Positions 28,025 to 42,885 are shown, counted from the first letter of the stretch. The stretch is 64,000 nt of DNA from Eledone cirrhosa (GCA_964016885.1 OZ024741.1:277760001-277824000); one strand, 5' to 3'. The notes: a model not told the origin generated them from the sequence alone. A program made the numbers and translations.

Positions 28025-28510
28025 CGTATACATACTTATATTTAGGTATCAGCCGTACTAAGAGTGAGAAATGAAATTTCGTTTCATTCTTTTCCATTTA
28101 TCGTTTCGGTATGCCCGGCCAACTAACTCACTCGATATGCAAATTAGGCTGCTCAGCCGTTAATATGCATAAGGAAAGTATATACTTTCACCGTTCAATC
28201 ATCTGACAGAAAGGTATACGATGCTGACGATAGATAATAAGCTTGAAACTAGTACATCGTTCCTGTGTCAGTGTTGAAATAAAGGGCGACGATGGTTGCC
28301 GAGCACTGTACGGCGTAATTCGGGCTGTTTGTTTACAAACAAACCGAACATTATAATAAATGTTCTGCAAACCCATACGTACATATATATATATATGTGG
28401 GCATGTATATATATATATATATACATAGTACTGTGCATCTGTACACATATATGTATGTACGTATACATACTTATATTTAGGTATCAGCCGTACTAAGAGT
28501 GAGAAATGAA
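28018..28510 (+). mobile_element. Diverged copy (~435-bp period) of the 422-bp retrozyme family A
   Basis: Terminal ~55 bp repeated; hammerhead at 28218-28260: ACGATG-CTGACGA-...-GAAA-CTAG-TA|CATCGT. Confidence 0.85.
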
Positions 28511-28568
28511 AAAAGGTTCAGGACCCTATTTGCCTGTTTGTTAAAATTTATATATATATATATATATA

Positions 28569-29481
28569 TAAATATAAATCAATATATATGATGAAACACA
28601 GATACCAACATATCTTTGTTTATATTGCAAAAGGAATTAAGTTAGCTAGAATGAAATATACTAATTATAATATTACAGCCTGCCTACATCGATTTAAAAT
28701 AATAAATCAACACAAACAAACAGTATTGGCAAATGGCCATGGTGTTTAAACAAATTTAAATTTCAAAATCAAACCTGTTCCGTAGATAAGTTTAAACTTT
28801 AAAATCCAAATGTTTCGAGATAAATAAGTGTAAGGATATCATGTCCCGCTCTCTTCAGTAAACACCCAGAACAAATGGATATGCTTCACTTCCAAATATT
28901 TTAAAAGACTGTTTAACGCACATGGTTTTACAGTTTCTAGCCAGCCTCATACACGTACTGCTAGAAATAACAGCCGTATATATGGGGCTACTATCAGCTC
29001 AACCTAAGGAGCAATTTTATTAAGTGTAATGAGTTCAAATCTCAACCATGTGCATTAAACAGTCTTTTAAAATATTTGGAAGTGAAGCATATCAATTTGT
29101 TCTGGGTGTTTACAGAAGAGAGCGGGACATGATATCCTTACACTTATTTATCTCGAAACATATTTGGATTTTAAAGTTTAAACTTATCTACGGAACAGGT
29201 TTGATTTTGAAATTTAAATTTGTCTAAACACCATGGCCATTTGCCAATACTGTTTGTTTGTGTTGATTTATTATTTTAAATCGATGTAGGCAGGCTGTAA
29301 TATTATAATTAGTATATTTCATTCTAGCTAACTTAATTCCTTTTGCAATATAAACAAAGATATGTTGGTATCTGTGTTTCATCATATATATTGATTTATA
29401 TTTATTACACGGCCCAGAAATATTCTTTTCTTTGAGCTATTTTCATTGTAAAGGAATGCTTGAGATTTGAACTCATTACAC

Positions 29482-29485
<4 letters not shown>
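28569..29485. repeat. Inverted-arm element (arms 28569-28927 / 29044-29404) with degenerate hammerheads (family H)
   Basis: ~360-bp reverse-complement arms; CTGAAGA-GAG...CTC-GAAA at 28804-28864 (-). Confidence 0.88.
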
Positions 29486-29520
<35 letters not shown>

Positions 29521-29526
<6 letters not shown>

Positions 29527-29788
29527 AAAATGAACAACACAATATATAACTACTCCATTACCAAAGGTTTCTGGATCCTAGACAATGTTAATATACGTCT
29601 GGATCGTTCATCAGACAGAGATGTTAAAAATAGAAAATATGAAATGAGATTTAAAATCTAATTAAATACTTCTGTTCTATACATAGAGCACTCTTTTTTC
29701 CGTTGCTTTTTCTTCGGAATTACCTAACGCACACACACACGCGCGCGCGCGCGCGTATATATATATATATACACGCGCGCGCGCGCGC

Positions 29789-29828
<40 letters not shown>

Positions 29829-31032
29829 ATATTACTCTATTACGTTCCCCTCCCGACAGGCTGAGGCCATGCTGAGACGTATATCAGCAAGAAGCTGATT
29901 ATCGATCCCATACTCCTGCAAAATCTTCCACAGCAGGTCCCGAGGAATGCGGTTATATACCTTTTCAAGGTCGACAAAGCAACAATATACTTCTTGGCAA
30001 TACTTCCACTATTTCTCGAAGACCTGTTGCACTGTGAATATTTGGTCAGCTGTGCTGTATACGGGGCGAAAACGACACTGTTCATCAGCTAGCTTGGATT
30101 CGACAAGTATAGACACTTAGTATAGACCTTACCGAGGAGGCTTAACAAAATCCCTCTGTAATTGGAACAATCTCTCTTGTCTTCCTGTTTGAAAATTGGG
30201 ATTATCCCTCCCGATTGCCATTGCTTAGGTGCCTTTCCAATATATTTACAGTTATCACCCGGTGTTCGCGGGGGATTATGTTCCTAGAGCACCCGCGTAG
30301 AGTGAAAAACCGCAAATATTGGACGTGTTCCATAAAAATGCTTATAAATGTCAAAATATAACGTAAAATATAATAAAGGAGCGTCCTCTAGACCGGGAAA
30401 TACTGTATATCCTAACTATAACAAAGAAAGGAGTGCGGGACTGCATCCAGAATATAATTTTTTTTATCCCGTTTGTAAAATAAGTTTTATTACTTTGAAT
30501 AAATAATGAATGAATATTACATAATTGTTCTGCTAAATTTCGTAGCTTTTGATTAAATATATTTTATTCCTTATTTAAAGATTCACTTCTTTAAAATTTT
30601 CAAATGTCAACACTTCCGGTTAGCGATCGCTTAAATAAACATTCATATATTTCTGTCACTAATTTTCTCCTAATGCAGTTTATATATAATATGGTCTTTT
30701 TTTTAATGTATCATGGATTACGTTATTGATTACATAAGAGAGTGTAACGCAGTCTTCGTTCAATTTCTGTGTATATTGTCAATTACCATTTTATTCGATG
30801 TATCATATCTACATGCATATATACTTGCGTATAATATCAATATACACACTACACATGTCAGCAGAAAACCTCCCGAAGGGTGGTTTTTCTGCTAGTTGTA
30901 ATAATTTAGCGTCAAAAATATATATATTGCCACGAAAAAAGCTATTAAAAAAATTGCCGAAGATATTTACGATTCCGCGAATATATGGTGGGTTCCACGA
31001 ACAATTATTAGTTATGTTATAAGGAAGATTCC
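29521..31032 (-). repeat. Right arm of the inverted duplication (hammerhead C at 29553-29620, RTE fragment ~29890-30240)
   Basis: Reverse complement of 22872-24516, lacking the SINE. Confidence 0.95.
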
Positions 31033-31045
31033 ACCTAGCCACCTG

Positions 31046-31990
<945 letters not shown>

Positions 31991-32114
31991 GAAATTATTA
32001 AATTGATAATATAGCTTTATGTTTATGTTATTTTTATAAGAATACAGCTTTTTGTCTGTTATTATATATGCGTTTTTTTAAACCATAAATCTGTCCTCAA
32101 ATACCTACAGGTAT

Positions 32115-32292
32115 ACATATAAAATCCGTTATAACGAATACCAATATAACAAATTTTTCAGTATAATGAACTTTTTTTTCCAATCCCCGGCCACACGCTC
32201 GATTTGTTAGGTCGATCTCGTTATAAAGAATTTTTCATAACAACGAATTTTTTTATTCCCCGTCAATTTCGTTATAACGGAATTTCACAGTA
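32115..32292. mobile_element. pogo/Tigger-like MITE
   Basis: TIR-like ends AAATCCGTTATAACGAA / TTCGTTATAACGGAATTT. Confidence 0.65.
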
Positions 32293-32308
32293 TATATATA
32301 TATATATA

Positions 32309-32393
<85 letters not shown>

Positions 32394-34729
32394 GAGAGGA
32401 ATAATGACACCAGCAACATCATCACCAACAAAATACAAAATGGCAACATCAAAACCAATGATAACAATAACAACAATAATAATAATAACAACAACAACAA
32501 CGATAACAATATTAGCAGCGGTATTTTTAAAGCGTTGAACAGAGATGCCTTGCGGTATTTTATTCCGATTCCTTATGTTCTAAGGTCTTCAGTGGCAGAC
32601 ATAAGATGTCACCTTGTTTAACATTAACTCACAACTCTCGTTTTTTTTTTTATTATTTTTATTTCATGTTCAATGTATTCTGATCCCATTGCCCCTTGAC
32701 GTTTATATATTTCTTCCATTAAACCGCTGACTCCCTAAATGGGTGTTTCTTCCCCCACCCCACCCCTAAGGGTACTGGGAGATTCAAGGAGAGAACTGGA
32801 AGGCAAGGGTTCGGTTGGAGGTAGGGTTGGGAGTGGGGCAATGGAATGCAAGGGGTGGGGTGAGGGAGGAAAGAAACAAGGAATATAAATTAGTAGAGGC
32901 TCGTAAACCTGTCACTTTTAGTTATTCAACAAATTGTTATTCTATTATTTTTTTACTTGTTTTTAGTCGTCTGACTGTGGCCATGTTGGGGCACCGCCCT
33001 AATTTAGTCGCCCATATCGACCCTACTGCATATTTTCTCCAAGTCTGTGACTTGTTTTATCGAGCTCTCCTCTGCTGAAGCTCTATATCCGAGACATGAA
33101 CACAGATATGAATGTAAACATAGACACATACATAAATACATAGATACATACATAGATACATACGCACATACATTCATACATACATGGTGGCTGCCAACTC
33201 GTTTCCGAGTACGGCCACTACTTTATATCCATGTAGGAGAACCCCTACTGATGCGCTGAACAAGTGTGACTTTTTAGTCCAGCCAGCGACTTGAAAACTC
33301 GGGTACAAACACTACACTTGTGACAATGATTGACACATAGTGCTGGGCCCATGGTACCATGTGACGACAAGTACAGAGAGATCTCCAGATATAAAGCAAT
33401 GCCTGTGCCGTGAAGCTTTTATAGTGAGAAAAGGCACTGCACAAAGCCAGTCCCACTCTCTTAACCAAGATGATATTTACCAAAAAGAAGAACAAGTCAA
33501 CATCATTGGATACTATCAGGGTTGCAGGTGTTATATCAGAGTTTTCCTTCTAAAATTCTGCCTTGACAAAGGCTAAGGGGTCATCTCTTCCGGTGATTTT
33601 GGATGGCCATTGACTCTTAAGAGCTCCTTTGCCCTTTGACAGGTTTTGTTTTTAGTCCTGCAGGATGTCCAAAGTCACCCTCCTCACCAAGAAACCTTGG
33701 CGGGGTTGCCAGTTTAGTCACCAACGACCCGACCATGAGACAGGTTGTACTGGGATACATGTTACCAGTAGCACCAACTGGTGACCTGACATACATACAT
33801 ACATACATACATACATACATACATACATACATACATACATACATACATACATACATACATACATACATACATACATGTATATATGTGGGGGGAGGATTAG
33901 CAAGGGATTCCTAGTCTTCATTAAGGCATCTATCTAGGAAGTAACTCTTATATAAAACGTACGACTTCGTTTGTATCCAATGATGTAGTCCAGTTCTTTT
34001 TGGGGGGTAAATGCATTCAATGGAGAGTGGAATTGGTTTCGTACAAAGCCTTTCCTCGCTTAAAAAGCTTCAAGCGCAGGCATCGCTTGATATGTGACAT
34101 CTTTTTTTTTTTTGCGATGCAAGGTATTGCTGGCTATAGGCAGGTCCCTAGCAAGACTAAAATGCCACTTCTGTGATGCTCATGCTTAAGTATCAAGCGA
34201 TGGCATTACTTGTAACGATGATGGTGGCAGTGGTACCCCACCACTACCACTATCTACAACCAGGGACTGATTAAGCATACATGGTGCCTGCGTATTATTA
34301 ACGCCGAGGTTGACTTTGCCTTTCATCCTTACGGGGGTCGATAAAATAAAGTACCAGTAATGTACTGGGTAATTGTTGGCCTTGCGCCAAAAGTAGAAAC
34401 AATTATTAATGAATACATCGCTAAACTTCTTTGATGTGTCGCAGCGTTGTGGAAATATCCAAAGAGGTAGAGAGGGTCGTATGGTGTTATGACCTATCAT
34501 ATGATTTGACATGGGTGAGTGTGGACTGTGTAGTGGGGAATTCAAGTTTTTTTTTATTTTGTTTGTTTGTTTTTGTGTGGTCAGAGCAAAAATTAGATTC
34601 ATCAGCTTACCAAACTCTAAGGTGAAATTATTCTATTTAGGAAAATTTTTCTATTTAAAAAAAAAACAATGAGTAGTACGTTCAAAGTACATCTTATTCT
34701 TGGGGGAAGACAGAAAGGTCATGGTTGTA

Positions 34730-35235
34730 AAGCTAGCTTAGGGTGTTAAATACTCAGGTACACATTGTAGAACTATCTTAGGCTGCTAAGTACCCAGGTA
34801 CACATTGTAGAGCTAGTTTAGGGTGCTAAATACCCAGGTACACATTGTAGAGATGGCTTAGGGTACTAAATACCCAGACATATTGTAGAGCTAGCTTAGG
34901 GTGCTAAATACCCAGGCACACATTGTAGAGCTAGCTTAGGGTGCTAAATACCCAGGCACACATTGTAGAGCTAGCTTATGGTACTAAATACCCCTGGTAC
35001 ACATTGTAGAGCTAGCTTAGGGTGCTAAATAACCCAGGTACACATTGTAGAGCTAGCTTATGGTACTAAATACCCAGGCACACATTGTAGAGCTAGTTTA
35101 TGGCGCTAATTCCTCAGGCACATTGCAGAGCTAGCTTACGGTACTAAATACCCAGGCACACATTGTAGAGCTAGCTTGGGGCGCTAAAACCCCGGGCACA
35201 CATTATAGAAATGGCTTGGGATTCTAAATACCCAG
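34730..35235 (+). repeat. ~40-bp minisatellite (~12 copies)
   Basis: GAGCTAGCTTAGGGTGCTAAATACCCAGGCACACATTGTA repeated. Confidence 0.95.
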
Positions 35236-35503
35236 CAGCAGTAGCAGCAGTTACAACAGTAGTAGCAGTAGTAACAGTAGCAGCAGCTTCAGTTGCAGTA
35301 GTAAGTGGTCTGCGTTAGTGGTGATATTTTTACTGTTTCCGTCATCCACGATCTTCAAACGTCAGAAGATTGCCCTTTAGTGGGAAACTGGAGTAGCGAG
35401 AAAGAAACCTCAGTTTAAATTTAAATATATACTTTACTCATGTATTGAGTACCCCACCCCTACTTTCTTTATCATTCGTTTACAAAAAGTAATGTTTGAA
35501 CAG

Positions 35504-35535
<32 letters not shown>

Positions 35536-35579
35536 CATATATACATATATGTGGTGTGTGTGTGTGTGTGTGTGTGCGT

Positions 35580-35631
<52 letters not shown>

Positions 35632-35728
35632 TTATTTTATATATATATATAGATATATATTTATTTTATATATATATTTATACATGTATGTATATATATA
35701 TATATATATACATATAAATATATATATC

Positions 35729-35787
<59 letters not shown>

Positions 35788-35863
35788 ATGTGTGTGTGTG
35801 AGTGCTTTGTGTCGCTATTTTCGCTTATCTCCGAACCACCTAACTGCCATCAGGCGTCTTTAG

Positions 35864-35963
<100 letters not shown>

Positions 35964-36177
35964 ACAGACACACACACACATGCAGGCACAAATACACACA
36001 CATGCACTTAAGTAAGTAAATAAATAAATAAATACATAAAATACCGTTTGTCCTGGAATTCGCCCTTTTCACATTCCATTTCTGCTCCTACGCTAATTCT
36101 TCAAAACTCTTGTAAATTCTTAAACCTGGAAGGGAAGTATAAAGATTTATTTACTAAAAAAAAGTCCCTCCTGTTCT

Positions 36178-36209
<32 letters not shown>

Positions 36210-36296
36210 TCTATCTATCTATCTCTCTTACTCTCATTTTCTCTTACTCTATCAATCTATCTCTTCCTTCTTTCTCTCTCTCTCTCTCCCTCTTTC

Positions 36297-36341
<45 letters not shown>

Positions 36342-37094
36342 ATCTATCCATCTCTCTCTATATGTATATCTAACTATCAATCTCTCTCTCTCCCCCGCTC
36401 TTTCTCTCCCTCTCTCTTTCCCCCCTCCCCCCTCTCTCCCTCCCTCGGCCTATCTCTCAAGCCATCTATCAATCCATATTTCCCTTTCTCATTTTTCTCT
36501 TTCTATCTATCCGGGTAGTAGTGGCAGGGACAGGGAGAAGGGTAGAGTTGTTGTTATCGTTCACCTTGTTGTTATTGTTTTTTGTTGTTGTCGATGGTGG
36601 TGGTGTTGGTGGTGGTGTTGGTGGTGGCGGTGGTGGTGTTGGTGTTGGTGTTGGTGATGGTGTTGATGGTGTTTGTTGTTGTTAGTGGTGGTGGTCGTAT
36701 TGATACCTTGTGGTATTCGTTCTGAGTTCAAACACCACCATGATCTAATTAGTGGGGTGGGGGGACTTAATCCGTTGCTTGGTTTGACACCATCACCTGG
36801 CTCCTGGGCTGCTATCCCTCAACAGTCTCGGAAGATCTGGACAAAGACCATCGATACTGTCCTTCATCCTTCACTAAACAGTAAAAGTTATATGTGTGTG
36901 TTTTCTGTCTCGAAGGCGGTCGGCTGTGATTTGTGAGAGATTTGGCTGCTATTTCAGGCGTGTTGGGCAACTATCACACTCCACCGTTTTGTTGCAAGCA
37001 TTCAGGCCAGATCTTCTATCGTCCCTGGATAGTTAAGCCCTTTCACGTGTCTCAGAAGCTCTTTTTTTCTTCAAATCCGGATATTACTTCAGTC

Positions 37095-37530
37095 CTTAAT
37101 AATTTCTGATCCCTTTATACAAAGTTCAGGTAAGGGCTACAATGGAGTACTACTCTTATATCTGGGACGGTGCTGCTACCTACCCACACACAAATAACCT
37201 AAAGTGTAACTAGAAAAGGGCCTCTCTCGACTGATTTGCATAAAATCCCTGACAGACACTCCAGCCTCCGGCCCACACACGTTCATTCTTCTCTCTATAT
37301 CTTTTTCTACCACTACCACTATGGCCTCTTCTCCCCAGACCTGATTGACCTCATTCCACCTCTACACAGATGCTCCCGCCACATTCGTCTCTTCTCCTCT
37401 CATCATCTATATTGTGTTCACCCCATCCCAACCCGACTCCACTCTAAACACTACTCCCAGCCCTCCCTCCCCCGAACGTTGCCCCTCTGAAATTCTCTCC
37501 TAGCATACATCTTTCGTGCAGGAGTCAACG
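37095..37530 (+). mobile_element. Decayed 3' end of a CR1/Jockey-like LINE
   Basis: ILYK(V)QVRATMEYYSYIWDG-like motif followed by a pyrimidine-rich C-terminal segment. Confidence 0.55.
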
Positions 37531-37827
37531 TTTAAACTGAAAATCTACAGCTTCGATCTCATCGATCCCGGGAAGGAACAGGGGGAAGGAAATATCATTG
37601 GCATACAGACCCTTCCTCCAGATCCAGCCAATATATAGAAAGTAGGCAATGCCCTTCTCTCTGTAACTAACAACATAAATAAATATAGCATTGAGTTCGA
37701 TCGACAAGATCCCAGACCTCATTCACTTACCGAGTGGGGTGGAACTCATCAAATCGGACCAAGAAAACAATGTTTCCATTGGTCTTTTCATTGCTGATAC
37801 TATCTACCAGTCACAACCCCTGGCAAA

Positions 37828-37878
<51 letters not shown>

Positions 37879-38384
37879 AGGATGCATTTGAAATTGTATT
37901 CCTACATAGCACTAAAAAGGACGAGATTGTCACAGCTGGAATCAGTGATGGATTAAGGAGGAGAGGGAGGCTGGGTGAGATGTAGATACCTGGGGGCACA
38001 ATATTTAAACTGCTAAAAATTAATTATTTTGCTACCATGGCCTCTGATGGAATTTTCGGCCAAGGGACTCAGCCAAGGGGCCCAGCCAAGGGACCCTAGC
38101 TAAGGGCCTCAGCCAAGAAATCCAACCAAAGACCCCATCCAAGGACCCCTGCCAAAGGACGGAGCGAAGGACTTCCAACAAAGGGCCCTCAAAAAAGGCC
38201 CCCCCCCCCCAGCCAAGGGCCCTAGCCAAGCGCCCTAGCCAAGCTTAATACGTCCCTACTTGGAATATCATTGATCATAGGTCTGCTGGATCAAGGCTGA
38301 CCTAAAGGTAAACAACAACAACAGCGGCAACAACAACAACATTAACAACAACAACAACAACAATAATAATGATGATGATATCAA

Positions 38385-38593
38385 ATTTCGGCACAAGGCC
38401 AGCAATTTGAAGGGGAGGGGAAAGCCGATTAAATCGACCCGAGTTCATTACTGGTTCTTTATTTTATCGACCCCATAAGGATGAAAGGAAAAGTTAATCT
38501 CGCGGGATTTGAACTCAGTACATAAAGCGCCGTAACTCTGTGCTGCTAAACATGGTGTCTGACGCTCTACCGATATTACAAATCCACCGCCCT
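38385..38593 (-). mobile_element. tRNA-derived SINE
   Basis: Reverse complement of the 23412 family (GGGCGGTGGATT...CTGAGTTCAAATCCCGC...). Confidence 0.85.
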
Positions 38594-38971
38594 AACAATA
38601 ATAATTGTTTCTACTTTTGGCACAAGGCCAACAATTACCCAGTGCATTACTGGTACTTTATGTTATTTGAACTCAGAACGTAAAGGGCCATAACTCTTAA
38701 TAATAACCAAACAGAAAGGGGAGCGGTAGAATCTGCGGAAACCAGTGACCGAATTATTAAAACATTAACTTCACAATCGTAAGGTCGCGGGCTCGAGTCC
38801 ACTGTGCGGCATCTTGGGCATGTGTCACAATAGCCTCCTGTCGAACCAAAACCTTATGAGTGAAATTTGAAAGACGGAAACTGTTTGAAAGGCCGTCAGA
38901 TGTTCTCTACCTGTAATTCAAAGGGCCAAACTTATCACACACACTTTCATGTTGAATCTCCCTGAGAATTA

Positions 38972-39179
38972 CGAGGGTCGACTAAAAGGTTCATAGACTG
39001 ACTATGAACGAGTGATGCTGTGAAATCTTGAATGCATTAATTTCAACTCTTCTTATTAATAACTGCATTGTTTCTTTCCAGAGAATAGGTTGAAAAATAA
39101 ACTCCATTTGGTCATTCCATGAGAGTATCTTGGTCATCCTATGGACTTTTCAACGTATGAACTTTTCAGCCGACCCTCG
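38972..39179. mobile_element. mariner-like MITE with TA TSD, inserted in a tRNA/CORE SINE (~38770-39260)
   Basis: TA-CGAGGGTCGACTAAAAGGTTCATA ... TATGAACTTTTCAGCCGACCCTCG-TA. Confidence 0.85.
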
Positions 39180-39563
39180 TACATTAAGGATGCATGTGTC
39201 TATGGAATGCTCAGCCACTTACACGTTAATTTCATAAGCAGACTGCTCCGTCGATCGAACAAAACCAGAATAGATTTTTACGACTGAGACAATCAATTCC
39301 AGTACATCACTGGTAATTATTCTATTGACCTCAAAATAATGACAAACGTGATCTGAGCGGGATTTGAACGCAGAATGCAGAAAAACGGAGCAAATGGCGC
39401 AGGGATTTATTCACCATTTTAATTATTCCACGTATCCAGTATCCACCTCCCCCTCCCCACCCACTGAGTGACAAATAATAAAGGGTAATATAATAAACAG
39501 ACCAAATATACATATAATGTGTGTGTGTGCGTGTGCGTATATGTGTGTGTGTGTGTATATACT

Positions 39564-39702
<139 letters not shown>

Positions 39703-40242
39703 TATCAATCTACACCTCTCTGTTGATATTTGGTAAAATTCTACTATGGCAAACATAACGTTCTTACTGTTACTCATATATCAATAACCATAACATATAT
39801 ATGTGTGTGAGTGTATATATACACATATGTATGTAAAAGGTAAACAGACATATGTATGCTTAACTATTTATGTTTCGATTATAAACACAATTTATATTTA
39901 TATTCCAGACAAAAGTACTTCTGTAAAACTCCAGAAAGTAAATAAAGTTAACAGCTCTACTTCTCTGTATTGAGTCCTTTAATGTATAACTGACCTACTC
40001 AATCCTAAGATTGGTGTATCCTATCAGTTATATCCAATATCCAGCATTCAAAATCCAGCGTCTTCTCACTCCTGTTGGAGGAACCCCTCCCTAGTTGACT
40101 TCCACTGCTTCCTACCTCTAGTCATATTGGGTCAGATCATCCCGCCATCAGGCCTTTCGCCGTCATCTGCTTCTTCTCCACCGCCTTAGTGTCCACTCAG
40201 TTATATATCTTAAAATATATAACTTAAGCATATATAGTTTAT

Positions 40243-40415
40243 AAGGCGGCGAATTGGCAGAGTCGTTAGAACGTCGGATAAGATGCTTTGCGGTATTCGT
40301 TTCGGCTCTCTGCTCTCTGAGTTCAAATCCCACCGGGGTCAACTGCCTTTCATCCATTCGAGATAAATAATAATAAAAAAAAAAGTACCAGTTTAGTACT
40401 GGAGTCGATTCTTCC
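40243..40415 (+). mobile_element. tRNA-derived SINE
   Basis: GGCGGCGAATTGGCAGAGTCGTTAG (A-box-like) ... GAGTTCAAATCC (B-box-like) ... AGTACCAGT. Confidence 0.85.
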
Positions 40416-40509
40416 TCTATATGTCTTTTCTACTTTCTATCCTTCTCTGAAAGAAATCTGCTATATTCAAATCTTCGCTAAGTTTTAAAATGCCCTCCTT
40501 CAAGAGTTA

Positions 40510-40738
40510 TAGGACCATGCATGCATATATTTCATAGTTTATTTAAGTTGGTATGATGTGGGTTCAAATTATTGGTATACTAAATTAGGACCATGCATGC
40601 ATATATTTCATAGTTTATTTAAGTTGGTATGATGTGGGTTCAAATTATTGGTATACTAAATTAGGACCATGCATGCATATATTTCATAGTTTATTTAAGT
40701 TGGTATGATGTGGGTTCAAATTATTGGTATACTAAATT
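40510..40738 (+). repeat. 76-bp tandem repeat x3
   Basis: TAGGACCATGCATGC... recurs at 40510, 40586 and 40662. Confidence 0.95.
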
Positions 40739-41277
40739 TTGAAGGAAAAATGTGAAAGCCAATAATGCACGTGATGAGAACAATCACTATTTTATACTTT
40801 TTATCATTGTCATTGTTCGGCTTTCAAATCATTCCTCCAAAATATCATATATATATATATAATCCAAAATATCATATATATATATATATATAATTGTCGG
40901 ACGGAATTCCCGTTGAGAAAGCTCTTCCTCGTCCCCCCTTCTCTAGAAGTCTCATATATTTTTTATGTGGGCTGATAGTGATTGGAATAAGGAATTGCAG
41001 AAACCCAAGAAGCTAGATTTAACATCCTTCTAGCGGGTCCGGGTGAGTTTTTACATTCATTTAATTTATTGATTTATTGATATTTTATTTGAGTGACCCG
41101 AATCTTCCTGGTCGTTCTTTTTCGGTTGTACGGGTGATTTTAGACATGATCTCTATGTGTTGGTATTTTAACGATAGTTATAGCTCTGATTTATCCAAAT
41201 TATTGAGCCCTCTGCCACACATATCGGATATTGTTTATCGTTAATTCGTAAACTGTTTTTCCGATTCTCGATTATTC

Positions 41278-41377
<100 letters not shown>

Positions 41378-41489
41378 TTTCAGTTGCTTAGAGGACTAAT
41401 ACCACACCTCTGGATATGAACATATCAATGAATTAACAAGGTAAAATCTATTACAACATTATGTTTTCCTGTTTTTTCTGTTCAAGTTC

Positions 41490-41552
41490 TTACTGCCTGA
41501 TGAGGTCATAGCTGTTGAATAATGGCTATTACTGAAATATATATAGCACTGA
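41490..41552 (+). ncRNA. Type I hammerhead (family I) in a (TA)n-flanked element 41376-41603
   Basis: TTACTGC-CTGATGA-GGT.ATAGC...GCTAT.ACT-GAAA-TATATA-TA|GCACTGA. Confidence 0.78.
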
Positions 41553-41599
41553 ATATGAATAAACGAGGCTAATTATACCCTGTTGACTTACATTTCTTG

Positions 41600-41671
<72 letters not shown>

Positions 41672-41674
<3 letters not shown>

Positions 41675-42028
41675 TTTCTGAATTTGTTTAGCAACATTCT
41701 TTATCTGAAAACGTGTGTTGAAACCGATATTGTTATACTTTTGGAGGGTCATGTTGCCAATAAGAAACACACGCACCACAGGCGTAGGACAGAACAAAGG
41801 AGAGTCACAAAAACAAAGAAAAGAATCCCAGTCACTGAAGAGGTCACAGAATGTGTGACGAAAGAACTTTGACAATATATAAACAATCATCTGGTTGTGG
41901 AACCAACCAACCAACCGGAAATTTATAAATTCCTAAATTTATAAATTTATTATAATAAATTGAAGTGAAAGCAACTGGTGCGCGTGTTTCTTATTGGCAA
42001 CATGACCCTCCCAAAGTATAACAATATA
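41672..42028. mobile_element. Asymmetric fold-back element, family J (hammerhead 41830-41873 +)
   Basis: AGTCA-CTGAAGA-GGTCAC...GTGAC-GAAA-GAAC-TT|TGAC; inverted ends 41727-41778 / 41975-42027; homologous to 56848-57428. Confidence 0.88.
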
Positions 42029-42051
42029 TATATATATACATATATATATAC

Positions 42052-42113
<62 letters not shown>

Positions 42114-42115
<2 letters not shown>

Positions 42116-42885
42116 TAGCTAAAGTACCCGTCCTTTGGACGGTTCAAGTAGCTTTCGATGTAGCTCATTAAACTAAAGAAAGTAAATTTGAATACATAGA
42201 AGAAAAACGTACTTTATGTAAACATGAAAACCTTAGGCACTATTCCAGCGAAATAATTAATATGTGAGCTCGGTGTCATCCGTTATCCCATGTAACAACA
42301 GAAATCCAGTCTAGGTATAAATTTTTTTGACAACAGTAAAAGCGCATCATGAAATAGAGAAGTGAAATGAATAGTAGTCACTATTGAGTACATAGGTTTG
42401 GATAACAATACAGATTGGACATAACGGGGGGGGAACTGATGGATGAGCAAATCGTTATAAAAAGAGATGGATGTTGGGTGGGAGCACTCATTGTCTTTTG
42501 GATTATTGAAGAGCAGATTTATACACAACATTTTTGGTTTTCCCGCCAGGAGCATAAATAAATAGGTTTTCAGGATTACCAACTCGAGAACAACTAACGT
42601 CATCAAAAATGCGTTCCTATTGTATTGACGAAAGATAACTCTTGTCTTACTTAATCACGAAAATTGACACAAATAACCGAAATTTTTTAATGTCTCCAAA
42701 GGCCCCAACATCGATTTTCAAAAGCCTTTGTAGATCATGTACAGGTTTTGTGCAAGGAGAAGCTCTGTAAAAAATTTAAAAGAAATCGCATGAATGGTTT
42801 AGAATATATGAGCCCTCATTAAAAATTGTCCACACACACATACACACACACACACAGAAAACTTCATCTTTATGTATATACAGAT
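42114..42885 (+). mobile_element. Non-autonomous Helitron-like element
   Basis: Starts TACTAGCTAAAGTACCCGTCCTTTGGACGG (hairpin) and ends in (CA)n...AAAACTTCATCTTTAT, the typical Helitron-N layout; recognised by pattern only. Confidence 0.5.

Noticed and set aside
34730-35235. Telomeric repeat (TTAGGG within the minisatellite)
   Set aside because: Only single TTAGGG hexamers inside a ~40-bp unit; not a tandem telomeric tract.
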